From NCBI GenBank assembly GCA_963662265.2, contig CAXXHA010000019.1, positions 1 through 64,000 on the forward strand: a DNA stretch of 64,000 nucleotides, written 5' to 3'. A model generated the notes under the pieces. It saw only the letters and a list, made by a program, of their open reading frames with translations. It was not told the DNA's origin and searched no databases. A program made the position numbers and the translations under genes. Of the stretch, positions 40,101 to 51,006 are shown piece by piece (position 1 is the first letter of the stretch; every line of letters starts with the position of its first letter). The DNA comes from Spirochaetia bacterium (GTDB taxonomy: Bacteria > Spirochaetota > Spirochaetia > CADAEX01).

Positions 40101-40997
40101 CTGATCTTTATTGTTTATGGCTTTCAGTATTATTCTGGAAGACACAGCTTTCAGGTATTTATCATTACCCGATTCAAAAAGTTCGGCAGTTAAAGATTTA
40201 GAGTCCTCTATAACGTTGAAAGATATTTTGTCGTGAATGAGATTATTGCTGTTGAAAGGTTTTGCAGCAATAAAAATATCTACATCACCTGATCTGTTTA
40301 TTACAAAAGGTGACGTGTAGAGAGTTCCGTTAACAGCAGTTTCCTTATCAGTGAAGCTGTACCGTATCCATTCCATATCAGTTTTATCAATAAAGAGCTT
40401 CTGTTTATTGTAGAACATGCCCTGTTCAGGACTGAATACTCTTAAACTGCTCTTCTGAGATCTGTAGTTTCTATAATACTGGTTTGACCAGGTTGATACA
40501 GTGCTTTTATTGCCTGAAGAATCAACACAATAGTAATAAACAGTGTTGAAATCTGAAAGACGCAAACTTTCCCCGTTCCACTCTATCCAGTTACCCCTGT
40601 CTATTCTGAAGAAAACAGAAGAACTTTCTTCCGGTTTATTGAAAAAAAGAAAATTATCATAAATTTTTATATCAGCGGAACCTGGTTTTTTTCTGTCTAT
40701 TCTATAATTGAGAGTAATTGCTGAAGACTTATCTGTTTTATTTAAAAAAGTTATTTTATAATGTTTTTCCTCACCATCGGCAGCGGAAAGGATAACCGGG
40801 TATTCTTTCTGATTGTACAGGAGGGGTGTCTTTGAAATACTGTTTTCAAAGTAAAAATACAGATCGCTTCCTGTATTTTTTACATCAAGAATTATATTAT
40901 TATTATATTCCCCCTCTGAAGGGGAAATATTGTTTTTATCAAAAGCGTACAGGTTAAAGGAAAAAAATATTATTGTTAAAACAAATATTTTTTTCAT
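37122..40997 (-). CDS. Large exported protein with tandem Ig-like modules and a C-terminal right-handed beta-helix
   Basis: Signal peptide; repeated 'ID.K.P..P.I' and 'D.AGN.S' module boundaries; 'VYVSHSKGNDKNKGTDSDYPVKTLDRA' (DUF1565-type cap) followed by an Asn/Ser/Ile-rich beta-helix. Confidence 0.7.
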   Translation of the reverse strand: MKKIFVLTIIFFSFNLYAFDKNNISPSEGEYNNNIILDVKNTGSDLYFYFENSISKTPLLYNQKEYPVILSAADGEEKHYKITFLNKTDKSSAITLNYRIDRKKPGSADIKIYDNFLFFNKPEESSSVFFRIDRGNWIEWNGESLRLSDFNTVYYYCVDSSGNKSTVSTWSNQYYRNYRSQKSSLRVFSPEQGMFYNKQKLFIDKTDMEWIRYSFTDKETAVNGTLYTSPFVINRSGDVDIFIAAKPFNSNNLIHDKISFNVIEDSKSLTAELFESGNDKYLKAVSSRIILKAINNKDQFSRYDRPVKLSSDPLRVNYNTVYLKTYDDYSGYCYRYFYLFDERSTSLKNDNEINNTKKITPERPVLEGIKTLSDGSRKIILRQEKNKSFIYSISDIKTAENPEKSSATAENFIVLKNPYGRDSNYSVKVCTADEYGIISEPLVINNLSVDHYPPEIPEIIIQDNLIEFKSKYDVFYRFIREDIKSGNYLKYTKAFRIETIPGILENISVEYFSLDKYENKSMPGLKKLVFDNRYPDIVDSGFLKKENLSSSSFNVLKDFFKHDYEIYYTLSENLIPPRDPDINSKKLTSNLVLDCADGEEKYYTMKILPVSSVNSNRGNIQIFYFHIDKIKPEIPQIHHLKSVYYSDNAVIRLKGTESGNTVYYSYSSDKNSIDSPFNGTRASDNTIVIPLPEKDRKTVYLKTASQDRAGNRSAESDIISFVIDNRNYPEITFDSLTENYITPDNVVINKPSNNFIYRYEISNTEKSLPAVNSYSSVMESPVAFDMNSGEEKAFYIAVKAYFDINDNKGSEEKIFRIFIDKKKPEKPAITIKDNNKIHISGENTVLYTAYPEKTGIINPEYKKYIKPFMLNRYLPPGRYIIKAYSRDKAGNLSDASEDSFYISGKAVYVSHSKGNDKNKGTDSDYPVKTLDRAFDIYRNGEVDTFFLMPGNYEINNKVQAQQTLLIKGTSGKTFITDKSPGAASLFSLNDSSLILKDITMISKIYKNTFINAENSLVVFDNSEIKINCSTSVNAKNSTTIIENTDLTQETVFYSRPLVSDYGHLKIKDSNLDIISASEITSLNCNRSTADISDSSFLLNSDNSLFSKSVNSSLKNSNVRVKIISGVNSYFFKSEKDRIQILDSFFSESQDSKKSVYIDSIASDINVTDSNINLNSISDSSLLLSNKGKINFNNTMSIINSENNTFSSFEVDDIELRFENSDITLNNSVNGGFISSNNSIIEIYSSDINTLSGMEKTLMDFSGNGTVLIKESSFTPKQKLIRRSSGVTVLKE

Positions 40998-41001
40998 GAG
41001 T

Positions 41002-41607
41002 TTAAACTTCCAGTATTTTTAAAGCTTCCTTCAGTTCCGGGTCATCCTTGTAGTAATACTCAGCAAGTTCATCTGATGTCAGCCCCTGAAGCTCATGACT
41101 CATATAGTGTATCCAGATATCTTCGTCTGGATTCTTGATAATATGTTTTTTACAGTAGTAATCAGGGTGTATATGAAGATCTTCATCATTGAAATCAAAT
41201 ATCTTGTAGTCATGAACAGCTATTTTTATATCTTCCCTTTTTATCCCTTCTGAAAGAATTATATTAACAAGATAATTAATTGTTTTTCCTGAATCAAATA
41301 TATCATCGATAAAAAGTATTTTATCGCCGTTGCGTAAATACTTCGGGTCATATGTCCATCCGTCTACAACTATATTACTGTTTTCTCTGATATCTGAGTA
41401 TGATCTTGCAACTACAGCAGCATAAAAAACCGGACGTTTACCTTTCTGAACAATTTTAAAATATTCACTTATTATATTTCCAAGATATGCTCCGCCTCTT
41501 AAGGGAACATAAATAATATCAGGAATAAAACCATCCTGATAAATGCGGTGTGCCAGTTTGATTGCATTATTACGTACAGTTGTGTACGGTAAAAATATTT
41601 TATTCAT
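41002..41607 (-). CDS. Type I phosphoribosyltransferase (purine salvage-like)
   Basis: PRPP-binding motif 'ILFIDDIFDSGKT' and 'PLRGG'. Confidence 0.85.
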   Translation of the reverse strand: MNKIFLPYTTVRNNAIKLAHRIYQDGFIPDIIYVPLRGGAYLGNIISEYFKIVQKGKRPVFYAAVVARSYSDIRENSNIVVDGWTYDPKYLRNGDKILFIDDIFDSGKTINYLVNIILSEGIKREDIKIAVHDYKIFDFNDEDLHIHPDYYCKKHIIKNPDEDIWIHYMSHELQGLTSDELAEYYYKDDPELKEALKILEV

Positions 41608-41651
41608 AAATACCTGCTTAATTATATTTTAATCCAAATAACAGAAAAAAA

Positions 41652-43040
41652 TCATTCGTTATTTGTATATTCTATATCATTACGGATATATTTTATAATA
41701 TTTTTTTTGTTATTCCTGTCTATTGAAGAATAAAAGTCATTTATATTGGAAATATTTTTTCCGTTTACGTTGGTTATAATATCTCCGGACTCGAGGAAAT
41801 CAAGAACACGTTTTTTCTCAACATTTGCAACAATAACTCCAGTAGTATTATCTCCTGTGCTGAATATTTCACTGTTTTCCTCATCAATAGTTATTACTGA
41901 TATACCGGGCCAGTAAGATGATTTCCTTTCTGAAAGAACCTCATTTTTAGGCCTGAGGTCGGTTTTTATTTTTATTTTTTTTATGCTTCTGTTTCTTAAA
42001 ACAGTAAATTCTGTTTCAATGTCTGCACCAAGATTTCCAACTACCCGTGTAAAAAGATCAACATCATTGATTTTTATATTGTCTACAGACAGAACAATGT
42101 CGCCGGGAAGAACCCCTGACCTGTCTGCCGGATCATCTACAACAGTCTGGAAAATAAATACACCTTCCAGAATATTGTCTGATAAAAGGTATTTCTTTTC
42201 TGAATAAATGATTTCTCCGCCGATCAGGCCTACCCAGCCGTACCTGACCTCTCCGTATTCAATAATGTCTGATACAGTTTTTTCTGCATTGTTTGAAGGA
42301 AGAGCAAAACCAAGACCAATGCTGCCGCCTGTAGGTGTTGTTATCCAGCTGTTAATCCCAATCAGTTCACCCTTGAGATTGACAAGAGCGCCGCCTGAGT
42401 TGCCATGATTGATTGACGCATCAGTCTGTATGAAATCGCTTATATTACCGCCATTGCTGTTTTTCCTTCCGACTGCACTTACAATTCCTGCTGTAACACT
42501 GGAAGAGTAACCGTAAGGGCTGCCTATTGCCATTACCCATTCGCCTACTTTAAGAGTGTCTGAATCTCCCCATTTTATAACCGGAATTCTCTTATCTGTA
42601 TCAATACAGATAAGGGCAAGGTCTTTTCTTTCATCGATACCGGCCAATTCCGCATTAAGTACAGAACCGTCATAAATTATGACAGAAACATTTTCCGCTT
42701 CTCCGATAACATGCTTGTTCGTGAGTATGTAATACCTGGTCCCTTTTTTCGAGACGACTATTCCCGAACCAAGCCCTTCATCCTGAAATTCCTTTTCATC
42801 ATTTTTCAGGGAATCTGGTGACGGATCGAAAGGATTATATGAAAAATCCCAGCCGTCAGGTATTTTCTGATACTTTGTATCAATTACAGTAACCTGTACA
42901 ACAGATGGAAGGACTTTTTCAGCTGTATCGGGGAAAAGACAAAAACTGTTGCTGTTCCCGAAAAAAGATTTGTCTGAACCTGTTGTAAAGCATGATGAAA
43001 AAAAAGGAATAAGAATAATCAGGGAGATAATTTTTTTCAT
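41652..43040 (-). CDS. htrA: HtrA/DegP (Do) serine endoprotease with two PDZ domains
   Basis: Catalytic triad motifs 'LTNKHVI', 'KDLAL', 'QTDASINHGNSGGAL'; PDZ motifs; possible lipobox FFSSC. Confidence 0.92.
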   Translation of the reverse strand: MKKIISLIILIPFFSSCFTTGSDKSFFGNSNSFCLFPDTAEKVLPSVVQVTVIDTKYQKIPDGWDFSYNPFDPSPDSLKNDEKEFQDEGLGSGIVVSKKGTRYYILTNKHVIGEAENVSVIIYDGSVLNAELAGIDERKDLALICIDTDKRIPVIKWGDSDTLKVGEWVMAIGSPYGYSSSVTAGIVSAVGRKNSNGGNISDFIQTDASINHGNSGGALVNLKGELIGINSWITTPTGGSIGLGFALPSNNAEKTVSDIIEYGEVRYGWVGLIGGEIIYSEKKYLLSDNILEGVFIFQTVVDDPADRSGVLPGDIVLSVDNIKINDVDLFTRVVGNLGADIETEFTVLRNRSIKKIKIKTDLRPKNEVLSERKSSYWPGISVITIDEENSEIFSTGDNTTGVIVANVEKKRVLDFLESGDIITNVNGKNISNINDFYSSIDRNNKKNIIKYIRNDIEYTNNE

Positions 43041-43069
43041 ATGTTACTCCGGAATTTAATCAAAAAAAA

Positions 43070-43816
43070 TTAAAGTGAAGTCAGGATTTCGGCATGATCC
43101 TCATATACAGCAACAGTATGTTCAAAATGCGCTGAATTGAGTTTGTCAGCTGTCTTGACAGTCCATCCGTCTTCAAGAATATAAACTTCATCTACTCCAA
43201 GGTTGATCATAGGTTCAATTGCTATAACCATTCCTTTTTTAAGACGTGGATTTGGTCCTGAGCTTATATAGTTGGGAATCTGCGGTTCTTCATGCACATT
43301 GAAACCAACTCCGTGTCCGCAGAAATCACGGACAACACCATAGTTATTTTTTTTTGCATGAGTAAAAACAGCTTTTGAAATATTACTTATCCTGTTTTTA
43401 GCTTTAGCCTGTTCAATCCCGAGATAAAGGCATTCCTCTGTAACTTTCATCAGCTTTCTGTCAGTTTCCGAGATGTTGCCAACAGGAAGTGTAATTGCAG
43501 AATCTGTTATATATCCGTTAAGGTCTATACCAAGGTCAAGACTTATTATATCACCATCATTGATAATCCGTTTTCCGGGTATGCCGTGAATAACTTCATC
43601 ATTAACAGAAATACAAATACTTGCGGGATATCCCATATATCCCTTAAAAGCAGCTTTTGCTTTTTTACTTTTTATATAGTCTTCTGCCATTTTATCAATA
43701 TCCAGAGTAGTAATTCCAGGCTGTAAACTTTTTTTTATTTCATTGAAAGTTTCTGCCAGGATCTTTCCGGATTCTCTTAATCTTTTTATATCATTTTCAT
43801 TCTTCAGTCTTATCAT
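43070..43816 (-). CDS. map: Type I methionine aminopeptidase
   Basis: 'CISVNDEVIHGIP', 'DLG...DSA', 'GHGVG..VHEEP', 'AIEPM', 'SAHFEHT'. Confidence 0.96.
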   Translation of the reverse strand: MIRLKNENDIKRLRESGKILAETFNEIKKSLQPGITTLDIDKMAEDYIKSKKAKAAFKGYMGYPASICISVNDEVIHGIPGKRIINDGDIISLDLGIDLNGYITDSAITLPVGNISETDRKLMKVTEECLYLGIEQAKAKNRISNISKAVFTHAKKNNYGVVRDFCGHGVGFNVHEEPQIPNYISSGPNPRLKKGMVIAIEPMINLGVDEVYILEDGWTVKTADKLNSAHFEHTVAVYEDHAEILTSL

Positions 43817-44264
43817 TTTCCAGTCTTGCTTTCCGTTCTTTAGATGTTATTTCTTTTCCAATATTTTTGAATTCAGCTTCAGTATCATTACCATATGATG
43901 TATTGATAATATCCTCGACATTGCTGCTTTCCGATGTAATTGTAACTTTACCGCTTGTTATTACACCAGGTTCAACATTGATCTTTGGTGTAGTGATATT
44001 TCCAAGTACTTTACCGGTTGCCAGAAGGTTTACCTCTTCTGAAGCACTGATATTCCCTATTATAGTTCCTGAAACAGTAACTTTCCGCGCAGTAATATCA
44101 GTTTTCACCTTGCCTGTAGGGCCAATTACCACCTGGTCGTCTGTTCTGATTTCTCCCTGAAATTTACCTTCGATAAGAACAGGACCGTTTACGAAAAACC
44201 TGCCTTCGAAAATTGAACCTTCACCGATAATACAATTTGTATTCATATCTGTTATTTTTGACAC
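43797..44264 (-). CDS. Bactofilin (polymer-forming cytoskeletal protein)
   Basis: 'IIGEGSIFEGRF...IEGKFQGEI...IGPTGKVKTDITARKVTVSGTIIGNISASEEVNL' is the bactofilin beta-helix pattern. Confidence 0.88.
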   Translation of the reverse strand: MSKITDMNTNCIIGEGSIFEGRFFVNGPVLIEGKFQGEIRTDDQVVIGPTGKVKTDITARKVTVSGTIIGNISASEEVNLLATGKVLGNITTPKINVEPGVITSGKVTITSESSNVEDIINTSYGNDTEAEFKNIGKEITSKERKARLENDKTEE

Positions 44265-44347
44265 CTCTACTCCATATACTTTGTATTTAATTGTGATACG
44301 TTTTTATGATAGATTTTTAAGATATATAAACTATAGCATTTATGGTA

Positions 44348-46057
44348 TTACGATTCAACTATTTTGGATTTAATATGGTTAAGAAGAAATTTGGAATTGA
44401 GATTTGACCTGTCTGCAGATATTGATTTATTGAGAAAGTCATATGATTTACTGTAGATTCCTGTTCTGTAATAAGTATAAGCTTTCCAGAAATAAATAGA
44501 GGAGAGATATTCTTTTGTACTGTTTTTTTTCAGTATTGCTGTATCAAGGTATTTCAATGCTTCTGAATAATTCTCTTTTTTGATTGAAATCAGGGCAAGA
44601 TTAAAATAATTTTCTCTGTTCAAGTTGTTTTCAAGATAATTGCTGTAATGGAAAAATGCATCTGAATAATTATTCACGCTTATTTCACAGAAAGCTTTGT
44701 AAAGATTAAAAAATTGACTGTTTCTAATTTCATTTTTCTGAAGAAGAATCTGCAGATCCTTTATCTTTCTGTTTTCAAGAAGATAATAAGCAAGATATTT
44801 TTTGTAATCATCATCAGTATTATAGTTATTTAATATGTTCCATAATATTTTCAAATACCTGTCTCTGTTTTCTTTTCTGCAGCTGAGAAGCTCATCAACT
44901 GCGTTAAGAGAACTGTTAAGCATTTCCTTCTGGATTTCTGATATATATTTGTTAAGATTTATATAGTAAAGAATATTTGTTATATTTGTTTTAGATTTTT
45001 TATCGATTAACGATATGAGATATTCTGAATTTATATTTCCGGTTTTTATGTATTCTATCCATATAAGATTCATTAAAGATAAATTATCTGAAATTTGACC
45101 GGAATTGTAAATGTTTTTATAGATAATAGAACTTTTATCATAATTTCCAAGATACATTTCAATATCTGCCTGAATAAATTGTAAATCAGTGTTTTTGCTG
45201 TCAATTCCAGAAATTATATTGAGGCTGTCAATGAAACTCCGGTTATCAAGAAGAATAAGTGCTTGTAATAATGGATTTATTTTCAAGGCTGATAGATATT
45301 TCAGTGCTTCTTTTTTTTCTCCTTCTTTCATTTTCAAAATAATATAATTATTCAGAAAATTGCTGTTACCCTCTTTTTCATATATTTCAAGGTATTTATC
45401 AGGATTCAAACTGTCATCAAGCAGGTTAATATAGATATTGTCATTGAAATGATCTTTTATTTTATTATTACAAATAATCTTTTCATTGCTTTTGCATGTT
45501 GAATAATATTCAAGGAAAAGATCATTCTTAAAAAAATCACTGGTATTTCTTTTTTTGTATGTGGTTAAGAAAAGATCAATATTATCAGTTCTTAAAAGAG
45601 AAAAAAGATAAATATTTCTTATTCTGCTGTCTTTTTTATATTTTAAAAATAATTTCCGGGATAATGATTCAAGTATTTCATAATTTTCTGTATATTCAGA
45701 AACCCTGTATTGTCTTTTTAAAAGAATAAGAGCATTCTTTCTTGTTTTGCAGTAATTGAAAGCTTCAGTAATATGTTCCTGACTGAGATCATAATTATTT
45801 CTGACAAGTAACTTATCAATCCTGAATATGATGCTGTTGAAATTCCTGTTGTTTTCCGTATTGGTATAAACAAGTAAAACAATTGAAAATAATATCAGGA
45901 TATTTGCGGTAACAAGTATTATTAAAAGGTTTTTAAGTTTTGATGTAATTGATTTATATTTCAAGTCAGAATAAGTTTCATATTCTGTATTTTCATGACT
46001 GTTGATATGTTTATGAAGTTTTTTGTATTTTAATTTGTTGTTTCTGAAAAACCTCAA
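44348..46057 (-). CDS. Membrane-anchored TPR-containing protein
   Basis: One N-terminal TM; C-terminal TPRs 'YFNLALISIKKENYSEALKYL' and 'IYFWKAYTYYRTGIYSKSYDFL'. Confidence 0.65.
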   Translation of the reverse strand: MRFFRNNKLKYKKLHKHINSHENTEYETYSDLKYKSITSKLKNLLIILVTANILILFSIVLLVYTNTENNRNFNSIIFRIDKLLVRNNYDLSQEHITEAFNYCKTRKNALILLKRQYRVSEYTENYEILESLSRKLFLKYKKDSRIRNIYLFSLLRTDNIDLFLTTYKKRNTSDFFKNDLFLEYYSTCKSNEKIICNNKIKDHFNDNIYINLLDDSLNPDKYLEIYEKEGNSNFLNNYIILKMKEGEKKEALKYLSALKINPLLQALILLDNRSFIDSLNIISGIDSKNTDLQFIQADIEMYLGNYDKSSIIYKNIYNSGQISDNLSLMNLIWIEYIKTGNINSEYLISLIDKKSKTNITNILYYINLNKYISEIQKEMLNSSLNAVDELLSCRKENRDRYLKILWNILNNYNTDDDYKKYLAYYLLENRKIKDLQILLQKNEIRNSQFFNLYKAFCEISVNNYSDAFFHYSNYLENNLNRENYFNLALISIKKENYSEALKYLDTAILKKNSTKEYLSSIYFWKAYTYYRTGIYSKSYDFLNKSISADRSNLNSKFLLNHIKSKIVES

Positions 46058-46068
46058 TTTTAATTATC

Positions 46069-46497
46069 TCATGATTTTTTATTAATTTCTCTGAAAATAC
46101 TGTCAAGTACACCGTTTATAAAACGGTATGAATCATTGCTGCTGTATTCTCTTGAAATATCAATTGCTTCATCAATTGTAATATTACCGGCTATATCTTT
46201 CTGGTAAAGAAGAGAATATACACTGAGTCTTAAAATCGCGAGATCAACCTTGCTTATTCTTTCGAATTTCCAGTTATCGATATGCTTTTTAATTGTAGAA
46301 TCAATAGTATCAATATTTTCAATTGTTCCGTTTAAAAGCAGAGAAGCAAACATTTTGGTTTCCGGCTTAATGCTTTCTTTACTGTCATCAAGCCAGTTGA
46401 AACTGTCAATATTTTCCTGTTTTTTTTCACTGTTGAAATCCCAGCTGTATATGGCCTGAAAAGCCAGTATCCTGCTTTTTCGTCTTGATCCAGTCAT
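46069..46497 (-). CDS. nusB: Transcription antitermination factor NusB
   Basis: 'SRRKSRILAFQAIY', 'NWKFERISKVDLAILR', 'IDEAIDIS', 'FINGVLD'. Confidence 0.95.
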   Translation of the reverse strand: MTGSRRKSRILAFQAIYSWDFNSEKKQENIDSFNWLDDSKESIKPETKMFASLLLNGTIENIDTIDSTIKKHIDNWKFERISKVDLAILRLSVYSLLYQKDIAGNITIDEAIDISREYSSNDSYRFINGVLDSIFREINKKS

Positions 46498-46503
46498 ATA
46501 CTA

Positions 46504-47517
46504 TTAAAGAAAATATTTAATTTCAGCTTCATCTTCCAGTTCTTCTACAAGTTCCTGTACTGATTCCTTGAAAAGCTGTTCCTGTGTTTTCATCATCAGA
46601 TAATCTTCAATCCTGTTTCTGACTGTTTTATCAGTTGCAGGATTTATTTTTTCATTAATCTTAAGAACATGCGGATTGATAATTTCCTTTAACCTGACAA
46701 TATGATAACCCATGTTGGATTTAATTACATCGCTTACCTGATTTTTCTTTAGTTCAAAAACACTGTCAAAAAAATGTTCACCAAGAAGTTTTTTTCTGGG
46801 AAGATCATTGATTCTAAGGTATCCGAAATCACCCTTGTTGTATTTAGATGTGGAATCATCGGAATTTTCAACAAGCTGGTCAAAAGTTTTGCTGCCGCTT
46901 CTGAGGTCTTTCAGATAACTTTCAGCTCTATTGGTTGCCTTTTCCATATCTTCAGGTTTTGAAAGCATTCTTGTATCAACAAAAATATGATCAAATCTTA
47001 CAGTCTTGGGTATGGAAAATTTAGTGCTGTTTTCATCATAAAATTTCTGAATTTCTTTTTCAGTCGGCCGCGGGATATTTGATAGTTTATCGCTTTTAGC
47101 CTTGTTTACATATTTCTGAAGCTGGATAGTCTCCTTGCTTTTCTTGGAATACCTGTCCCAGCTGACACCTGTCTGTTTTCTCACGAAATCCTTTATCTGG
47201 CTGTCACTCATATTTACAGCAGCGTTACCTATCTGCTGTCTGATAAGCTTCAGAACATCCTTGTCAGAAACAGTTATTCCTGCCCGCTCTGCACCCTGCT
47301 GGAGAAGAATATCCCCCACCATTGTTTCGAGTACTTCACGATGAGACTTGTCAATACCGTTTCGTTTAAGTATTTCAACAGTCTGGTCCAGTTTTTTTCT
47401 TGATATAATTTCCGGTTTTGTGAGATTTACAGTTGCAGCTCTCTGGTCTATCAGATCCTGACAGAATACAGATGATGCAATAAGTAAAAAAATTAATATA
47501 GACAGGTATTTTTTCAT
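46504..47517 (-). CDS. SurA/PrsA-like parvulin peptidyl-prolyl isomerase
   Basis: SurA N-like helices, then parvulin motifs 'HIFVD...SDD...KGDFGY...VSDVIKSNMGYHIV'. Confidence 0.85.
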   Translation of the reverse strand: MKKYLSILIFLLIASSVFCQDLIDQRAATVNLTKPEIISRKKLDQTVEILKRNGIDKSHREVLETMVGDILLQQGAERAGITVSDKDVLKLIRQQIGNAAVNMSDSQIKDFVRKQTGVSWDRYSKKSKETIQLQKYVNKAKSDKLSNIPRPTEKEIQKFYDENSTKFSIPKTVRFDHIFVDTRMLSKPEDMEKATNRAESYLKDLRSGSKTFDQLVENSDDSTSKYNKGDFGYLRINDLPRKKLLGEHFFDSVFELKKNQVSDVIKSNMGYHIVRLKEIINPHVLKINEKINPATDKTVRNRIEDYLMMKTQEQLFKESVQELVEELEDEAEIKYFL

Positions 47518-47531
47518 TTTATACAGCTTTT

Positions 47532-47864
47532 TTATTCAGTTTTTTCTGCTTCTGAATTGTTCCACCATTCAGTAACATTTTCAGTTTCTGCATTTTCTCT
47601 GTATGCAGCTCCAAGAACATCACCTTTATCCGGTGTTCTGTTTACCCATGCAAGTCCGAGTGATACTACAATAAAAACAACAGCAAGGATTGAAGTGAAT
47701 TTGGTAAGAACATTTCCTGATCTTGAACCAAAAGGGGTAGCACTGCCACCCCCGAATAATCCACCAAGTCCTTCACCCTGTTCATCCTGTATGAGTACCA
47801 TTGCAATAAGAAGAAGACATGCAATAACAAAAATAATTAACAGTAAAACAGTTAGAATTCCCAT
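47532..47864 (-). CDS. secG: Preprotein translocase subunit SecG
   Basis: 'VLIQ...GEGLGGLFGGG...FGSRSGNVLTKFT'; follows tpiA. Confidence 0.93.
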   Translation of the reverse strand: MGILTVLLLIIFVIACLLLIAMVLIQDEQGEGLGGLFGGGSATPFGSRSGNVLTKFTSILAVVFIVVSLGLAWVNRTPDKGDVLGAAYRENAETENVTEWWNNSEAEKTE

Positions 47865-47886
47865 TTTTAATAACTCCAGTAGATAT

Positions 47887-48639
47887 TTATGCGTTTATAA
47901 TCGGTAAAAATAATTCAGGCTTGAGCGCTGCCCCGCCGACAAGTGCGCCGTCGATATTCTCCATTGAGAGAAGTGAAGCTGCATTTTCCGGTTTTACAGA
48001 CCCGCCGTACTGAATTATCATTCTGGAAGCAGCTGCATCTGAATAAATATCAGCTAGCTTTTCCCTGATTACCTTATGAATGCTGTCAGCATCTTCTGCT
48101 GTAGCAGTTTTTCCTGTTCCGATTGCCCAAACTGGTTCGTAAGCAATTGTAATATCTTTGAGATCTTTTTCATCGATATCACTGAGGCCGTTAACAACCT
48201 GGCTGCATACTACATCGTTTGCCTTGCCTGATTCTCTTTCCTCAAGAGTTTCACCTACACAGAAAACAACTTCCATCCTCTGAGAGAGAGCAAGTTTGAT
48301 TTTTGAGTTAATAAAATCATCTGTTTCTCCGTAGATTATTCTTCTTTCAGAATGTCCAAGTATCACAGTGTCAACACCTAGATCTTTGAGCATTTCAACA
48401 GAAATTTCGCCTGTATGCGCTCCTGAAAGAGCATTTGACATATTCTGTGCACCAAGAAGAACTTTTGTACCCTTTGTTATTTTTGAAACTTCTGCAAGTG
48501 CAGTAAAAGGGGGTGCAATCATAACCTTTGCATCGGAATCTTTGGAACCTTCTACAACAGCTTTTGCAAGTTCTGCTGCATCAGCTGTAAGTTTGTTCAT
48601 TTTCCAGTTTCCGGCAATATATTTAATTCTATCAGACAT
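47887..48639 (-). CDS. tpiA: Triosephosphate isomerase
   Basis: 'AGNWKMN', 'GHSERR', 'AYEPVWAIGTG', 'YGGSVKP'. Confidence 0.98.
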   Translation of the reverse strand: MSDRIKYIAGNWKMNKLTADAAELAKAVVEGSKDSDAKVMIAPPFTALAEVSKITKGTKVLLGAQNMSNALSGAHTGEISVEMLKDLGVDTVILGHSERRIIYGETDDFINSKIKLALSQRMEVVFCVGETLEERESGKANDVVCSQVVNGLSDIDEKDLKDITIAYEPVWAIGTGKTATAEDADSIHKVIREKLADIYSDAAASRMIIQYGGSVKPENAASLLSMENIDGALVGGAALKPELFLPIINA

Positions 48640-48653
48640 ATATATCCTCTTTT

Positions 48654-49835
48654 TTACTTTTCAAGCGCAACTATGCCAGGGAGTGCTTTACCTTCGAGAA
48701 ATTCGAGTGAAGCCCCTCCTCCGGTTGAAACATGACTGATTTTATCAGCAAAACCGAATTTATTTACTGCAGCAACAGAATCTCCGCCGCCTACAACAGT
48801 TTTGCCTGTACTTTCAGCAACAATTTCAGCAACTGTCAGCGTACCTTTCTGAAATTCAGGGAATTCAAAAACTCCCATCGGTCCGTTCCAGACAATTGTC
48901 TTAGCTTTTAAAAGTTTTTCTCTGATTTTCTCAATAGTCTTGACACCGATATCCATTCCGAGTTTTCCTTCAGGAACATCAGCGCCGTCAACATATTCTG
49001 CTGCCGCATTTTCTGAAAATTCAGTAGCTACAATATGATCTATTGGAAATACAATGTCAACTCCCTTTTTCTCCGCAGCAGTAAGAAAATTCTTTGCTGT
49101 TTCAAGGAATTCCTCTTCGAAAAGTGAGTTTCCGATTGTGTGGCCTTTGGCTTTGAGAAATGTATAAGCCATTCCCCCGCCTATTACCATCGATTCGCAG
49201 GTTTTTAAAAGAGATTCGAGAACTGCAATTTTTGAAGATACTTTTGCACCTCCGATAATTGCTACAAAAGGCTGTTCAGGTGATTTTAGAACAGGCTCGA
49301 AAAACTCAACCTCTTTTTCAATGAGAAAACCGGCAGCTGAAGGAAGATAATGTGTAACACCTTCAGTTGATGCATGTGCCCTGTGAGCTGTTCCAAATGC
49401 ATCATTGATATAAATATCACCGTTTTTAGCAAGTTTTTCCGCGAATTCAAGATTGTTTTTTGTTTCTTCGTTATAATAACGAACATTTTCCAGAACAAGT
49501 ATTTCGCCTGCTTTGAGTTCATTTACCTGTTTAAGGACTTCATCCCCTATACAGTCATCTGCCATTTTTACAGGCTTGCCGATAAGTTTAGAAAGTTCTT
49601 TAACAACAGGGGAAAGGCTGAATTCAGCCTTTCTTTCCCCTTTAGGTCTACCAAGATGACTCATCAAAACAAGAGATGTCCCTTCCTGCTCAAGAATATA
49701 GTTGAGTGTCGGAAGAGCAGCTTTGATCCTTGTGGAATCTGTTACAACTCCGTCTTTAAGAGGGACATTGAAATCCACTCTTACAAGAACTTTCTTATTT
49801 TTAAGATCTATATCTCTTACTGTTTTTACAGCCAT
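48654..49835 (-). CDS. pgk: Phosphoglycerate kinase
   Basis: 'RVDFNVP', 'SHLGRP', '[13 protein letters not shown]', 'STGGGASLE'. Confidence 0.98.
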   Translation of the reverse strand: MAVKTVRDIDLKNKKVLVRVDFNVPLKDGVVTDSTRIKAALPTLNYILEQEGTSLVLMSHLGRPKGERKAEFSLSPVVKELSKLIGKPVKMADDCIGDEVLKQVNELKAGEILVLENVRYYNEETKNNLEFAEKLAKNGDIYINDAFGTAHRAHASTEGVTHYLPSAAGFLIEKEVEFFEPVLKSPEQPFVAIIGGAKVSSKIAVLESLLKTCESMVIGGGMAYTFLKAKGHTIGNSLFEEEFLETAKNFLTAAEKKGVDIVFPIDHIVATEFSENAAAEYVDGADVPEGKLGMDIGVKTIEKIREKLLKAKTIVWNGPMGVFEFPEFQKGTLTVAEIVAESTGKTVVGGGDSVAAVNKFGFADKISHVSTGGGASLEFLEGKALPGIVALEK

Positions 49836-49848
49836 TTTATTTCCTTAA

Positions 49849-50856
<1,008 letters not shown>

Positions 50857-50882
50857 TCACCTCTTAAAATATTTTCACAATA

Positions 50883-50911
50883 ATCATATTCAAAAGATAT
50901 TCTTATGTCAA
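50883..50911 (-). promoter_or_regulatory. sigma70 promoter of gap-pgk-tpiA-secG
   Basis: TTGACA-N17-TATGAT, ~30 nt upstream of the gap ATG; RBS GAGG. Confidence 0.75.
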
Positions 50912-51006
50912 TTGAACATGATTTAGTTTGTATTATTGTCTTATATAATATCAATAATTTTTTCACGAATTTAAGAATAAATCTGAAATCAGTATATCAG
51001 GTTTCG

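Noticed and set aside
44348-46057. Very AT-rich TPR gene as a horizontally acquired island
   Set aside because: Embedded in a tight housekeeping run with no mobility genes or flanking repeats; likely a fast-evolving native gene.
50862-50880. Rex-box-like TTGTGAA half-site downstream of the gap promoter
   Set aside because: The second half-site matches poorly (TTTTAAG versus TTCACAA).
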